Position numbers and translations under genes: made by a program. Under the pieces are notes generated by a model that saw only the letters and a program-made list of their open reading frames with translations, made no database searches and was not told the origin of the DNA. Source: a virus (lineage: Duplodnaviria > Caudoviricetes). From it: 64,000 nucleotides of DNA. Shown piece by piece: positions 38,204 through 47,725 of the stretch. Location of the stretch: the IMG/VR virus record IMGVR_UViG_3300025053_000003, positions 1 through 64,000 of that record; one strand, written 5' to 3'. Within the stretch, counting starts at the first letter, position 1; each line of letters begins with the position of its first letter.

Positions 38204-38426
38204 ATGAAAACTCAATCGCACCAGATAAACTACGACGATATTATTTGTACAGTATTTAAGCAAGAAATAGCCGGTTTTTTATGGCAATGATTCATATAAA
38301 ACCCTTCAACTTTGTACCGATATTGAAAAGATGGATACGTTCTTTGAGGTGGAAGACGGGAATAATGAAGTTTGCGCTTTCAATTCATTACCAGAGGCGA
38401 TAGATAAATACAATTCTCTCAATTAA
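38204..38426 (+). pseudogene. Small gene with a +1 frameshift in a T6 tract
   Basis: AAGGAG RBS; removing one T at 38275-80 gives a continuous ~73-aa ORF. Confidence 0.55.
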
Positions 38427-38430
38427 TACC

Positions 38431-38459
38431 TTGCCAAATACCTAAATATTTAGTAATAT
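38431..38459 (+). promoter_or_regulatory. Sigma70 promoter
   Basis: TTGCCA-17-TAATAT. Confidence 0.6.
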
Positions 38460-38498
38460 ATAATTGTCCTGAATAGTTCAGGGCTAAGAATCCGGTTC

Positions 38499-39569
38499 TT
38501 GGAGCCGGTAGGAAATCTTGGATTTCTTAAATTCACAGGAGGTAGTAAAATGAAAGTTCAAATCGAAAGAAGCAAAGAATTTGTAGCAAAGTTGATGATC
38601 GAGACAGGTGCAAATCATCCACAGCTTGTCATTATAGAGGTTGACCCGGCTCTTCTCTCAAAAGAGGTAAGGGCGGCAATTATCACTAACAGGGGAGGCT
38701 ATCCAGATACAATAACTTCTTTCTGGTATGATAAAATGGGTGATCTTTTATCGCCAGGAAAAATGAATGAAGGGAGTCAATTTTTCTATCTTGACGCAAG
38801 GGAAGAAGATATTACGCAGGAAGATGTTAATATCGTTCTCCTGGAGGCTCTTGACAAGATCAAGAATGAAATCAAACCAAAACTAATTGAAAAAGAAAAC
38901 AAAAAGAAACAGGAATTCGAGCAGAGAATCACTGATTTTTTGAATAATAAGGATATTAGGGTAAATAATATCTGGGCAGAATATGTTGATCTCCCTTATG
39001 TCGGGAGAATTGATGCTAAAAATTGCACCAGATATAACGAAGTTCGAGAAGTAGCGGAGAATCACCTTGCTGGAATTAAAGCGATGAACGAAGAACGTAA
39101 CCGGATTGAAGAAGAGAAGAACAAGAAAATTGCCCAGGAAAAGAGAGATACAATTAATGCTTGGGTAGAAAAATTCGGGAATGATAATCAAAGGGGCCGT
39201 TTGAAGTTGAACCTTCTCCCTGATGATGAAATTCTCGCCGAAATCAGAGGTACTGTATTTGAGGAACTGTCCAGTTTCCCGCGATACGAGAAGATCAGGA
39301 GCAATGAGATTAAATGTTCATGTGAGTACGACGATCAAGAAATTGAATTTAATGTAACGGATTCTGATTCAGCGACTCCAGAAAATTTTGAATTGTTGAA
39401 TAAGATTATGGGGATTATGCCCAGTGCAAAGGTTGTTCTCCGTGACCATATCGGGTTTTGTGAACGGTGCCATAATAACGATTTAGAAGATGGTGAAATC
39501 CAGAGGAAGTCGATACTGGCAACAGTTGAACATGGTGGTTTTACTTTTAGCAGGGAGTTTGCTGTTTAA
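38499..39569 (+). CDS. Hypothetical protein (likely start 38550)
   Basis: AGGAGG RBS before MKVQIER. Confidence 0.8.
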   Translation: MEPVGNLGFLKFTGGSKMKVQIERSKEFVAKLMIETGANHPQLVIIEVDPALLSKEVRAAIITNRGGYPDTITSFWYDKMGDLLSPGKMNEGSQFFYLDAREEDITQEDVNIVLLEALDKIKNEIKPKLIEKENKKKQEFEQRITDFLNNKDIRVNNIWAEYVDLPYVGRIDAKNCTRYNEVREVAENHLAGIKAMNEERNRIEEEKNKKIAQEKRDTINAWVEKFGNDNQRGRLKLNLLPDDEILAEIRGTVFEELSSFPRYEKIRSNEIKCSCEYDDQEIEFNVTDSDSATPENFELLNKIMGIMPSAKVVLRDHIGFCERCHNNDLEDGEIQRKSILATVEHGGFTFSREFAV

Positions 39570-39580
39570 TCGCTTTAGTG

Positions 39581-39609
39581 TTGACTTGATTGTTAATAAT
39601 TAGTAAAGT
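39581..39609 (+). promoter_or_regulatory. Sigma70 promoter
   Basis: TTGACT-17-TAAAGT. Confidence 0.65.
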
Positions 39610-39612
39610 GAA

Positions 39613-39760
39613 TTTGTGAGATAGGTCATGGTTCAAGTCCCTACTATCTCACAAAGCCGGGACACAAAGCGGCTATAAATAAAAGCGTGCGTGTTTAGTC
39701 TGCTGACAGTAGGCTTTCGCGGCTGGGACGAAACGCCAGCGCCGGAGTCGTAACCGGTAT
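39613..39760 (+). ncRNA. Candidate structured RNA: T-loop minihelix plus GC hairpins
   Basis: TTTGTGAGATAG/CTATCTCACAAA enclosing GG-TTCAAGT-CC; then GCCG..CGGC, GCTGG..CCAGC, CCGG..CCGG. Confidence 0.5.
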
Positions 39761-39787
39761 CTTCTAAATTAAACAAAGGAGAAAATA

Positions 39788-39976
39788 ATGAACGAAATCA
39801 AGAGGCCGGAAGGATGTACTGATGAGCATTTGTGTTATCTTGACGATCTAAGGGAGTCAGGAGCGTGCAATATGTTTGGTGCTTCGGCTTTCCTTGTTGA
39901 TGAATTCGGAATCAGTAAAAAATTAGCGATTGAAATAGTCGGGTATTGGATGAAAACTTTCGACCCGAATAAATAG
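39788..39976 (+). CDS. Hypothetical protein
   Basis: YLDDLRESGACNMFGA motif common in phages. Confidence 0.8.
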   Translation: MNEIKRPEGCTDEHLCYLDDLRESGACNMFGASAFLVDEFGISKKLAIEIVGYWMKTFDPNK

Positions 39977-39979
39977 AAT

Positions 39980-40195
39980 TTGTTTAAAGGAGAAATGAAA
40001 ATGCAAAAACTTAGCACGGGTGATGATGCAACACTTGGCAACTACCGTAAACTGGCAACTGCATTTTTTGGTGAAGAAAGTAAGGCTGTTGAGTTTCTTA
40101 ATGAGAAAATAGCAGAGATCCCAAACGGAGAAAATGAAGAAGTGATTGCAGCCGAATCCCAGATGGTATATTTACTCGGGACGATGGCTAACTAA
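39980..40195 (+). CDS. Hypothetical protein
   Basis: AAGGAG RBS, internal ATG start. Confidence 0.7.
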   Translation: MFKGEMKMQKLSTGDDATLGNYRKLATAFFGEESKAVEFLNEKIAEIPNGENEEVIAAESQMVYLLGTMAN

Positions 40196-40409
40196 TAGAG
40201 GCAAACAATGCTTAATCCAATCCTATATTGGTTAGACGGCATAAATAAGTACGGATGGCTGTTCATTTATGCTCATTTCTTTTCTGTATCGTTTAAACAG
40301 GATATTTATTTCCAAAACAAGGGATATGATATCCTCTCATTGAATAAACATCCAGGATATACAACTTGCCGATTCCAAGACAACCCTTATTATTTATAGG
40401 AGAACTAAA

Positions 40410-40793
40410 ATGAACAAGAAAGAAGTAACCTCATTAGTGGACACCGCCGCAGAACTTGACAACCAAATCAAAGAGCTTGAAACTAAAATCAAGCCACTAA
40501 AGGAAAAGATTAAACAGCTTGCCGAAAAGGATTACACCGAATCGGAACTGAAGAGTGGCGTTACTATTCTCGGAAATAATGCTGTAGTTAAAATTACAGG
40601 TGCCGAAAAGAGGGAAGAGGCTGACCCGGAAACTGTATTTAATTTTCTGCTTAAACGGAAATTGGAGCATAGGTTTATCGACGTGGTAAAAATTGAAGTA
40701 AAATCCCTTTCTACGATTATCGGGGATGAAGAATCAAAGAAACTCAGGCCCGTGGTTGGGTTGACGTTACGGCAATCTTTCAGTAAGAGGTAG
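40410..40793 (+). CDS. Coiled-coil hypothetical protein
   Basis: 127 aa, AGGAG RBS. Confidence 0.75.
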   Translation: MNKKEVTSLVDTAAELDNQIKELETKIKPLKEKIKQLAEKDYTESELKSGVTILGNNAVVKITGAEKREEADPETVFNFLLKRKLEHRFIDVVKIEVKSLSTIIGDEESKKLRPVVGLTLRQSFSKR

Positions 40794-40796
40794 GAT

Positions 40797-41051
40797 ATGA
40801 AATTCGATAAACCAAGGGGACAAAGGTTGCATAAGCAATTTATTTGGATTACGAATCACGACAATTTGTGGTATGTAGATTCTGAAAAGAGGTGGATGTG
40901 TCATGATGAAATTCCAGAATTAGTATGTTACTCGACGTGTTGTGATTGTAGATCGATCAAGGCTTTTAAGCGTCATTTAAGAAAACATCCTGAAATTAGG
41001 GGAAAGGCAATTCTGGTATCCAGGTTCAAAGGCTTTAATGTTTATGCTTAA
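40797..41051 (+). CDS. Hypothetical protein
   Basis: 84 aa, GAGG RBS. Confidence 0.7.
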   Translation: MKFDKPRGQRLHKQFIWITNHDNLWYVDSEKRWMCHDEIPELVCYSTCCDCRSIKAFKRHLRKHPEIRGKAILVSRFKGFNVYA

Positions 41052-41135
41052 TTTGTACTAAAACTTCAAAACTGTCGGTGAAATTCCACAGAAATTGTTC
41101 CATAAATTGTCCAAATTAAAATATAGGTATTTAAA

Positions 41136-41345
41136 ATGGATGAAATAATCCTATATTGTGCTGGTTGTAACATCAAAGTTGCTACCGTTAAGAAAGGGGC
41201 GATGAAGATGAAATCAGGAGCGGTGCTTATTTGCGACTCCTGCGATTGGAAACGTAAAGCCTCTGATCTTTCAAATAAAACAAAACAATCTAAGCCAGCA
41301 GATATGCCGGATTTCTTTAAAGACATTTTCGGAGGCAAAATATGA
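41136..41345 (+). CDS. CxxC-CxxC protein
   Basis: YCAGC..ICDSC. Confidence 0.65.
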   Translation: MDEIILYCAGCNIKVATVKKGAMKMKSGAVLICDSCDWKRKASDLSNKTKQSKPADMPDFFKDIFGGKI

Positions 41346-42109
41346 ATGCTTATAACTATCCTTCTCCTCTGTTTGAGACTCATACAGTCGAAGAAAATTG
41401 GGAAAATGGTAAAAGGACAGTTAAGGGCAAAACAAAACTCGTTAAATCTGAAACGATTAAAAAGAAAGCACAAAGGATCGTTAAAGAAATCGGGGCCAGT
41501 TCTAGTATCGTCCAAAACAAGAAATTGTTTATCCAGATAGAGAACACAGAGTATAACCTGGAATTGACATATTTTGGTATTCCTGAAGATACCCCAGAGG
41601 GAACAGGAATCAATTTAATCCCAGAAGAAACAGAAAAATGTCAATACCGGAATCTCAATTTTAGAAAACTTAATTTTGAGAAAATATTTTATTCTCCTGA
41701 GTGGTGGGGAAACGGACAATTTATTCTGAAGGGAGAAAAGCCTAAAAATAACGAAGGGTACGATGAACAGGAAATAGACATGGATTTTCTTGTTAAGAAT
41801 CTCCCGATGACAGACCATCTTAGCTGGGATAATATTGTCCGATTGGGTGAAGAGGTAGGCGATGACTTACTTAAATTTGCAGAAAACATTTATCTCAGGA
41901 CAAAATTTGTTCAATTCATCGAAAAGAATACAACAGGGACACTGACTTTTAAAATTAAATATGATAAAATAGGGAATAACGATTGGCGTAGTCCTGTTTA
42001 CGTTTATTCTGACGGTTCGATAGTTGCCCTGATTATGTGCTATCAGGCGAGTGATATAAAGATTGACAATATCGGGATTCTAAATTATAAACCATCAAGA
42101 AAGTTTTAA
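41342..42109 (+). CDS. Hypothetical protein
   Basis: 255 aa, GGAGG RBS, ATGA coupling. Confidence 0.75.
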   Translation: MNAYNYPSPLFETHTVEENWENGKRTVKGKTKLVKSETIKKKAQRIVKEIGASSSIVQNKKLFIQIENTEYNLELTYFGIPEDTPEGTGINLIPEETEKCQYRNLNFRKLNFEKIFYSPEWWGNGQFILKGEKPKNNEGYDEQEIDMDFLVKNLPMTDHLSWDNIVRLGEEVGDDLLKFAENIYLRTKFVQFIEKNTTGTLTFKIKYDKIGNNDWRSPVYVYSDGSIVALIMCYQASDIKIDNIGILNYKPSRKF

Positions 42110-42123
42110 GGGGAGAGCAGTAA

Positions 42124-42318
42124 GTGAAGAAACCAGTTAGATTACAGACGGAAACGATGGAAGAATACGGTTATATTATTTGTCCAAATTGTGGGAATGA
42201 TTTAATTTGGGCTGAAGACGATCTTTATGAAAATGAATTCGAGGTGGTCCAATGTTCATTTTGTGATTTTGTATTTGAAGTTAAAAAAGGAACAAGAACA
42301 TTTTATACCATAAAATAA
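42124..42318 (+). CDS. Zinc-ribbon protein
   Basis: ICPNCG..QCSFC. Confidence 0.7.
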   Translation: MKKPVRLQTETMEEYGYIICPNCGNDLIWAEDDLYENEFEVVQCSFCDFVFEVKKGTRTFYTIK

Positions 42319-42329
42319 TTGAGTTAGAA

Positions 42330-42676
42330 ATGAAAATTTCCAATAAAGTGATGAAAATCGGTGAGTGGGAGAATCCACCTACGGTCATGTATCGGCTGGG
42401 CTGTGACTGCAATTCCCCCATTGTGGGTTAGTTTGCGATTTTGAGGTCGATCATGATTATCTTACATTAAATTTTTACAAAACTTTAGTTTCTGTAAATT
42501 ATTCCGATAGTAGATTCAAGAATTTCTGCTGGAGGATTCGGTCAGCGTTGAAAATTCTATTTATTGGTCGGATCGAGGTAGAAGAATGTTTGATGCTCAG
42601 GGGCGAAGAACATATCAATTCCTTTATCCAGGCATTGGAAGAAGCAAGGGCGTTTATTAAGGAGAATCAGAAATGA
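42330..42676 (+). pseudogene. Gene with a -1 frameshift in a C5 tract (42415-19)
   Basis: Adding one C joins MKISNK..CDCNSP to an 85-codon open frame ending at the next ATG. Confidence 0.55.
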
Positions 42677-42906
42677 AAACCGCAAGATTCTATACAACCG
42701 ATAGGAATAAACTAAAAGCACTATGGGTTCAGGTGGAAGGTCAAAGGCCCCTTAATATCTGGGATGTATCAGAGAAGGAATTGACAAAAGATGTAGAATT
42801 GGCTATAATTTCAGCATTTCAGAGGGGTTGCGAAGCAAAAGAAGAGGAAGATATTCGAGCTGTTAGAAATAGTATTATTCCTGAATTATTCTTTTCGGTG
42901 GAGTAG
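42673..42906 (+). CDS. Hypothetical protein
   Basis: 77 aa, AAGGAG RBS. Confidence 0.7.
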   Translation: MKTARFYTTDRNKLKALWVQVEGQRPLNIWDVSEKELTKDVELAIISAFQRGCEAKEEEDIRAVRNSIIPELFFSVE

Positions 42907-42908
42907 AT

Positions 42909-43245
42909 ATGAGAATGTGGATGCTTGATCCAAAACTGTTATGTCGCAATCATCTACTCGGGGAACATTCATAAACACCGTCATAACTTCGAGAAAAAGC
43001 ATTCTATCGCTGGTAGGGTATCATCAGTTGTCCAGATTGAGCCTGAATCTATGCAAACTATGCATGATGAATTAGTGGCTGAAATGATTAGGCGTGGAGG
43101 GAATCATAAATCACCTTATACTCAACCTAATTTAGATTATTTGCCAAGTGAGCATCGTTATGCGGTTGTTGATCGCGAAGTGAGTACAAGGGATCTGAAG
43201 TCTAGGTGTTTGGGTTGTCTCCAAAACGAACTGGAATTAGATTAA
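42909..43245 (+). pseudogene. Pyrimidine-dimer DNA glycosylase (T4 endonuclease V-like), frameshifted
   Basis: MRMWMLDPKLLCRNHLLGEH then a shift at ~42969; continues HKH..HDELVAEMIRRGGNHKSP in the +1 frame. Confidence 0.85.
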
Positions 43246-43255
43246 AGGATATAGA

Positions 43256-43450
43256 TTGATGATGAATAAATATAAAACTTTTTCGGCTGTCAAGGATCGT
43301 AAAAGGGATAAGAAGTGTTCGAATAAGCGACGATATGATACTGAACAAGACGCTTACCAAAATGGACAGCTTATCTATTATTGTAACATTTGCGGAGGAT
43401 ATCACAGGAGCGGGAGCCTAATTGCTACTGTTCGGGGATACTACAGGTAG
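43256..43450 (+). CDS. Small zinc-finger protein
   Basis: CSNKRRY..YYCNICGGYH. Confidence 0.7.
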   Translation: MMMNKYKTFSAVKDRKRDKKCSNKRRYDTEQDAYQNGQLIYYCNICGGYHRSGSLIATVRGYYR

Positions 43451-43453
43451 ATT

Positions 43454-43855
43454 ATGAAACATAATGATATCTCAAAACTATACAGGGAAGAATTAGAGAA
43501 AAGAAAACTTGACCCGAAGAATTGGGATTCAGAAGGATATAAATTTGCAGACACTTATAACGGATCAGAAAAAGACGTTATATTTTATATTAATGAAAAT
43601 ATCGATTTTGAATTGAATAATTACAGAAGAAAATTCGATTTTAGAAAAGGGTTAGCTTTTTGCCCTCAATGTAATTATGCAATTTCTTTGACACAAATAG
43701 ATTCTTGTGTTATAGACTTTATATGCCCTAATTGCAAATTGAGCAGTATCAGTAATTTTTATTCTATCAATTCCACAAAGCATCATAAAATACTTGACGG
43801 GTCAGCCTTGCAATCGTCTCCAAATGGGACATTTATAACACCACCACAATTATAG
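43454..43855 (+). CDS. Hypothetical protein with CxxC pairs
   Basis: CPQC..CPNC. Confidence 0.7.
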   Translation: MKHNDISKLYREELEKRKLDPKNWDSEGYKFADTYNGSEKDVIFYINENIDFELNNYRRKFDFRKGLAFCPQCNYAISLTQIDSCVIDFICPNCKLSSISNFYSINSTKHHKILDGSALQSSPNGTFITPPQL

Positions 43856-43862
43856 GTGCTAA

Positions 43863-45509
43863 ATGAAAACAATCGGTTATAGGAATTGGTCAAAGGGTTG
43901 CACTTTCTGGGTGGCTAATTTAAAGGGGAAAATAGGTGATTGGGGTTATACTACTGATTCTAAACAAGCGATCAACCTAATACCATACTGGCAGAAGCGA
44001 TTTTCTGCTGATTGCAAACAGGCAGGAGTAGAAGCTATATTTGTTAATGTAAAGGAGAAATTATAATGAATGATAAAGATCTTTATGATGTTGATAATAA
44101 AGACAGAAACGAATCGGCTATAGGTGTTGAAATTTATGTAAAAGAAGATGGTAGTATAGCCAAGTCAACTTGGAATGAAGGAAGTTATGATAATGTAAAA
44201 ATTATGATTATGGAATTGCAAAATATTTTAAACGAATTCCTTATGGATTACGCAGAAGGATTGAGATTAACTAAAGAGTAAGCGTAAAGGAGGAAGAATG
44301 AAATATATCTTACTTATTTTAGTTCTGCTATTGACTTGTTCCTGTGCTAAAACTATGACAAGACAAGAAGTTATTTCAGCATCAAAGGAATGTCAAGATG
44401 CAGGTATGGAGGCGGTCTTAATGATGGATAATATATTTTCAATGAGAATAACAAGAGTTGATTGCTGGCCAAAGGTGAAATAATGTATTTAATTGATGCC
44501 TTAAAATGTTACGGAATATCAGAAGAGGACGTAAATAAACATATTCAATGCCCGTGGTGTAAGAGTATCGGGGCTATGCTTCGTGACGATTCTATCCCTT
44601 TCGCTATTAATTACCAATGTTCAGAATGTGGCGTTTCTTCACCTTATGGAGAAAATAGAAAAGTAGCATTTCAATTATTAAGTGATTTTTGCCGGATGTT
44701 TGACGATAGAGAAATTAAATGAAAGACAAAGATATAATTAAAGGGACGAAGCCAATGAATTGTTCTTGTGGTGGAAAACCAGTAGGGAGAGGTCGTTCTG
44801 TTTCTTGTGGTATTTGTAATAGAGTTGTCCAAAAGAAAACCAGAAATGAGGCAATTGAACGATGGAATGAATCTATTAGAGATCTATACGATACGGAATA
44901 ATTAAATGAAACAGACCGTAACATTCTGGGAAACGGGCTACCAGCTATACTTAATCCCGTATAAAATGAAAGCACACTGTAGTCAATCGCCAAGAGACAT
45001 TCTTCCTGAATTCAGATCCGGCTGGTATCAGGTTCAGGATTTAATTAATTTAAATTTACATGCTGGTGAATGGTGTGAAGAAGAAATTGATATCTTGGAT
45101 TATTTGAGCCAGTGACAGGAGAAGGAATTACAGATTAAGAGAAACGAATTAAATAGGAATATTAAAGAAACAATCCAGGGAATTCAGTGGCTATATAGTG
45201 ATCTTATCAAGAAGATGGGGAATTAAAGTGATGAAAATTAAACCATTGAACGATTCCCAACTGCATCCAGATTGGGTTAGCTGGGAAAATTTTCTAACTC
45301 AATGTGAAGTTAGAGATACTTATGAAGGAATAATTTATTACGGGATGACAAATTGTAATTACATTTTATTTCCTACTGGAGATTTAATTGAGAATTATGG
45401 GTATAATGGTCATGGATTAATGTATAGGATTAGGGAAGAGGGTGCAGAGAAAGTTTTAAATAAGATGAAAGAAAATAGGGCTGAAATTAAAAGGATAATT
45501 GGTAATTAA
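43863..45509 (+). other. Run of tightly packed small hypothetical ORFs (43863, 44066, 44298, 44483, 44719, 44906, 45198)
   Basis: RBS and stop/start coupling; 44483 and 44719 are Lar-like zinc ribbons; 44298 has a lipobox-like signal. Confidence 0.65.
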
Positions 45510-46874
45510 ATGATTGAGATTAAGAATATTGATCCTACTGTAATCCAGCTTATGAATTTTGAGACGGTGGAATTGGGGAGGAAATTGACGACATATAAAT
45601 GCGAATTCTGGAAACCAGGCCCAAGAGGGAAAGTACGCAAGGAATATGACAAAGACTTTGTTTCTGGGAGCCAGAGAACAGGGTGGTTTTTGTACGCCGG
45701 TTTCAAGAATAGGATTAAAGAATACTGTGAAGTTAAGGGTCTTGAGTTCCGGGAGACGGGGGAAGAGTTGAGGATAGAGCCGGTAAGGGAGCCGGGGTTG
45801 GCAGGGGTGGAGATTCGGGACTACCAATTAGAAGCCATTAAATCGATTATAGAAAAACAACGTGGCATCGTACATGCCGCTACACGCTCAGGAAAGTCGA
45901 TCATAGCGATTGGAGCTGCGTCATGCTTCCCAAAACCAAAACTATTATATCTTGCGCCGTCCATTGATATAGTCAACGAGATCCATGGGAAATTTGTTGA
46001 ATGCGGCTTTAAGGCATGTAAACTAGGTGGAGGGCAAAAGGATATAACAGAAGATATTGTTGTTTCAACTCTCCAAACCTATGTTCGCTTAGATTTAATT
46101 AAACTGTCCAATAAATTTGACATAATTTTCTGCGACGAAATTCATTTGTCCTCGGAACCAGGATCTGCTTTAGAGAAGATACTGTCAAAGAACCTATCAA
46201 TAGTAAGAGTGGGCTTCACAGCTACTATCCCAACAGAGCCTAGCAAAAAATTAACACTTCAAGGATTATTTGGTGATAAAATTATGGAATTAAGCGTTAA
46301 GGATGGAATTGAAAAACACGGGGTTCTTGCAAAACCGAGAATTGAATTACTTGCTGTCTCCGAATCAAAAGAAATAAATTTATGCAAAACCTATCATGAG
46401 ATCTATGATTTGGCTATTTGCAGAAATAAAATTAGGAACAGGCTTATTGCTAAATATGCAAAAACTGTTGCTGATGAAAATGGTACAGTTTTGATTTTTT
46501 GCGTGAACTTAATTCATATTGAATTACTTTCTAAAGAATTAGATTTACTAAGTGTTGAGCATGAAATTGTAGAAGGAAAAGTTAGCGGTGATGATAGAAC
46601 TATATCTAAAGAGAAAATGAAGAGTGGTAAATTAAATGTAATTATTAGCTCAAATTGCTGGGCCGAAGGGGTAACTTTGCCAGCCCTTTCTCACGTTATT
46701 AATGCCTCGGGAATGAAGTCAGAAAGCAGACTTTTGCAGAAAATGGGCAGGGGACTGGGCAAAGTAGAAGGTAAAGAAGAAATTGTCCTTGTCGATTTTC
46801 TGGACCCCTATAAACATCTTGCGCAACATTCGATCGCTCGGCTCTGTGTTTATAAAAATATGGGCTGGTTATAA
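45510..46874 (+). CDS. SF2 DNA helicase (UvsW/XPB-like)
   Basis: IRDYQ, AATRSGKS, CDEIH, GFTAT, CWAEGVTLP, QKMGRGL. Confidence 0.92.
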   Translation: MIEIKNIDPTVIQLMNFETVELGRKLTTYKCEFWKPGPRGKVRKEYDKDFVSGSQRTGWFLYAGFKNRIKEYCEVKGLEFRETGEELRIEPVREPGLAGVEIRDYQLEAIKSIIEKQRGIVHAATRSGKSIIAIGAASCFPKPKLLYLAPSIDIVNEIHGKFVECGFKACKLGGGQKDITEDIVVSTLQTYVRLDLIKLSNKFDIIFCDEIHLSSEPGSALEKILSKNLSIVRVGFTATIPTEPSKKLTLQGLFGDKIMELSVKDGIEKHGVLAKPRIELLAVSESKEINLCKTYHEIYDLAICRNKIRNRLIAKYAKTVADENGTVLIFCVNLIHIELLSKELDLLSVEHEIVEGKVSGDDRTISKEKMKSGKLNVIISSNCWAEGVTLPALSHVINASGMKSESRLLQKMGRGLGKVEGKEEIVLVDFLDPYKHLAQHSIARLCVYKNMGWL

Positions 46875-47048
46875 TTTTTATTGCCTGAGAAGGAATCAAA
46901 ATGAAAACATGCCAGAACGACCACCAGATGATTGTTTTCGATTCAGAAAAATGTCCACTCTGCAAAGCTCTTGACGAAATCAGTAATCTTGAGGACATGT
47001 TAAAAGAAGCCGAAGATCTAAATAAGAATTTAGGAACAGTTACGCCAG

Positions 47049-47378
47049 TTGAAAAATTCAACAAGGGGAACTAAAATGAAGAAAATTATTGTTATTTCAA
47101 TGATGCTTTGTTTGCTTTCGACTCCAGTTATAGCAGATGAATATTGTGAATCAATCGGAAGACTCGCTGCTGCAATTATGGAAAGTAGGCAAGCAGGCGT
47201 TTCTGCTGATAAATCTGTAGAGGCAAGTAGAGGGAACCCAATAAGCCTTGAGATGATTATTGAAGCCCATGAAACGCCAAGATTTCATAGTTACCGTTAT
47301 GAACGAGCGAGTGTTGAAGATTTCAAAAATAGATGGTATTTGAAGTGTATTAAGGCAAGAATGAATCAAGGAGAATAG
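47049..47378 (+). CDS. Secreted helical protein, paralog 1 (likely start 47076)
   Basis: MKKIIVISMMLCLLSTPVIA signal; YC..AAAIMESRQAG..C. Confidence 0.75.
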   Translation: MKNSTRGTKMKKIIVISMMLCLLSTPVIADEYCESIGRLAAAIMESRQAGVSADKSVEASRGNPISLEMIIEAHETPRFHSYRYERASVEDFKNRWYLKCIKARMNQGE

Positions 47379-47422
47379 ATGTAATATAATTCCGCTTGTC
47401 GTAATTTAACGGAAGAGATAAA

Positions 47423-47725
47423 ATGAAAAAAATTATTCTAACCGCAATGGTGCTTTGCCTGTTTTCAACTCCAGCAATAGCGGAAGATTTTTGTGAAATT
47501 TTAGGAAACACAGCAGGGACTATCATGAAGGCAAGACAGATGAGCTACCCTGCTTCAAAAGTAATAGGGGCATTTCATCATGACGAAGGGATAAAAGTAA
47601 TAGTCCTTGATGCTTACTCGGAACCAAGGTACGGGACTGAAAAGTTCATCCAAATGAGTATTTCTGACTTCAAGAATAAGTGGTACATTGAATGTGTTAA
47701 AGGTGGCTGGGGGAAGGGGAAATGA
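47423..47725 (+). CDS. Secreted helical protein, paralog 2
   Basis: MKKIILTAMVLCLFSTPAIA; FC..AGTIMKARQ..FKNKWYIEC. Confidence 0.75.
   Translation: MKKIILTAMVLCLFSTPAIAEDFCEILGNTAGTIMKARQMSYPASKVIGAFHHDEGIKVIVLDAYSEPRYGTEKFIQMSISDFKNKWYIECVKGGWGKGK

Noticed and set aside
39690-39740. Hammerhead ribozyme (CTGA..GACGAAAC)
   Set aside because: The core reads CTGACAG, not CTGANGA, and no stem III/UH site was found
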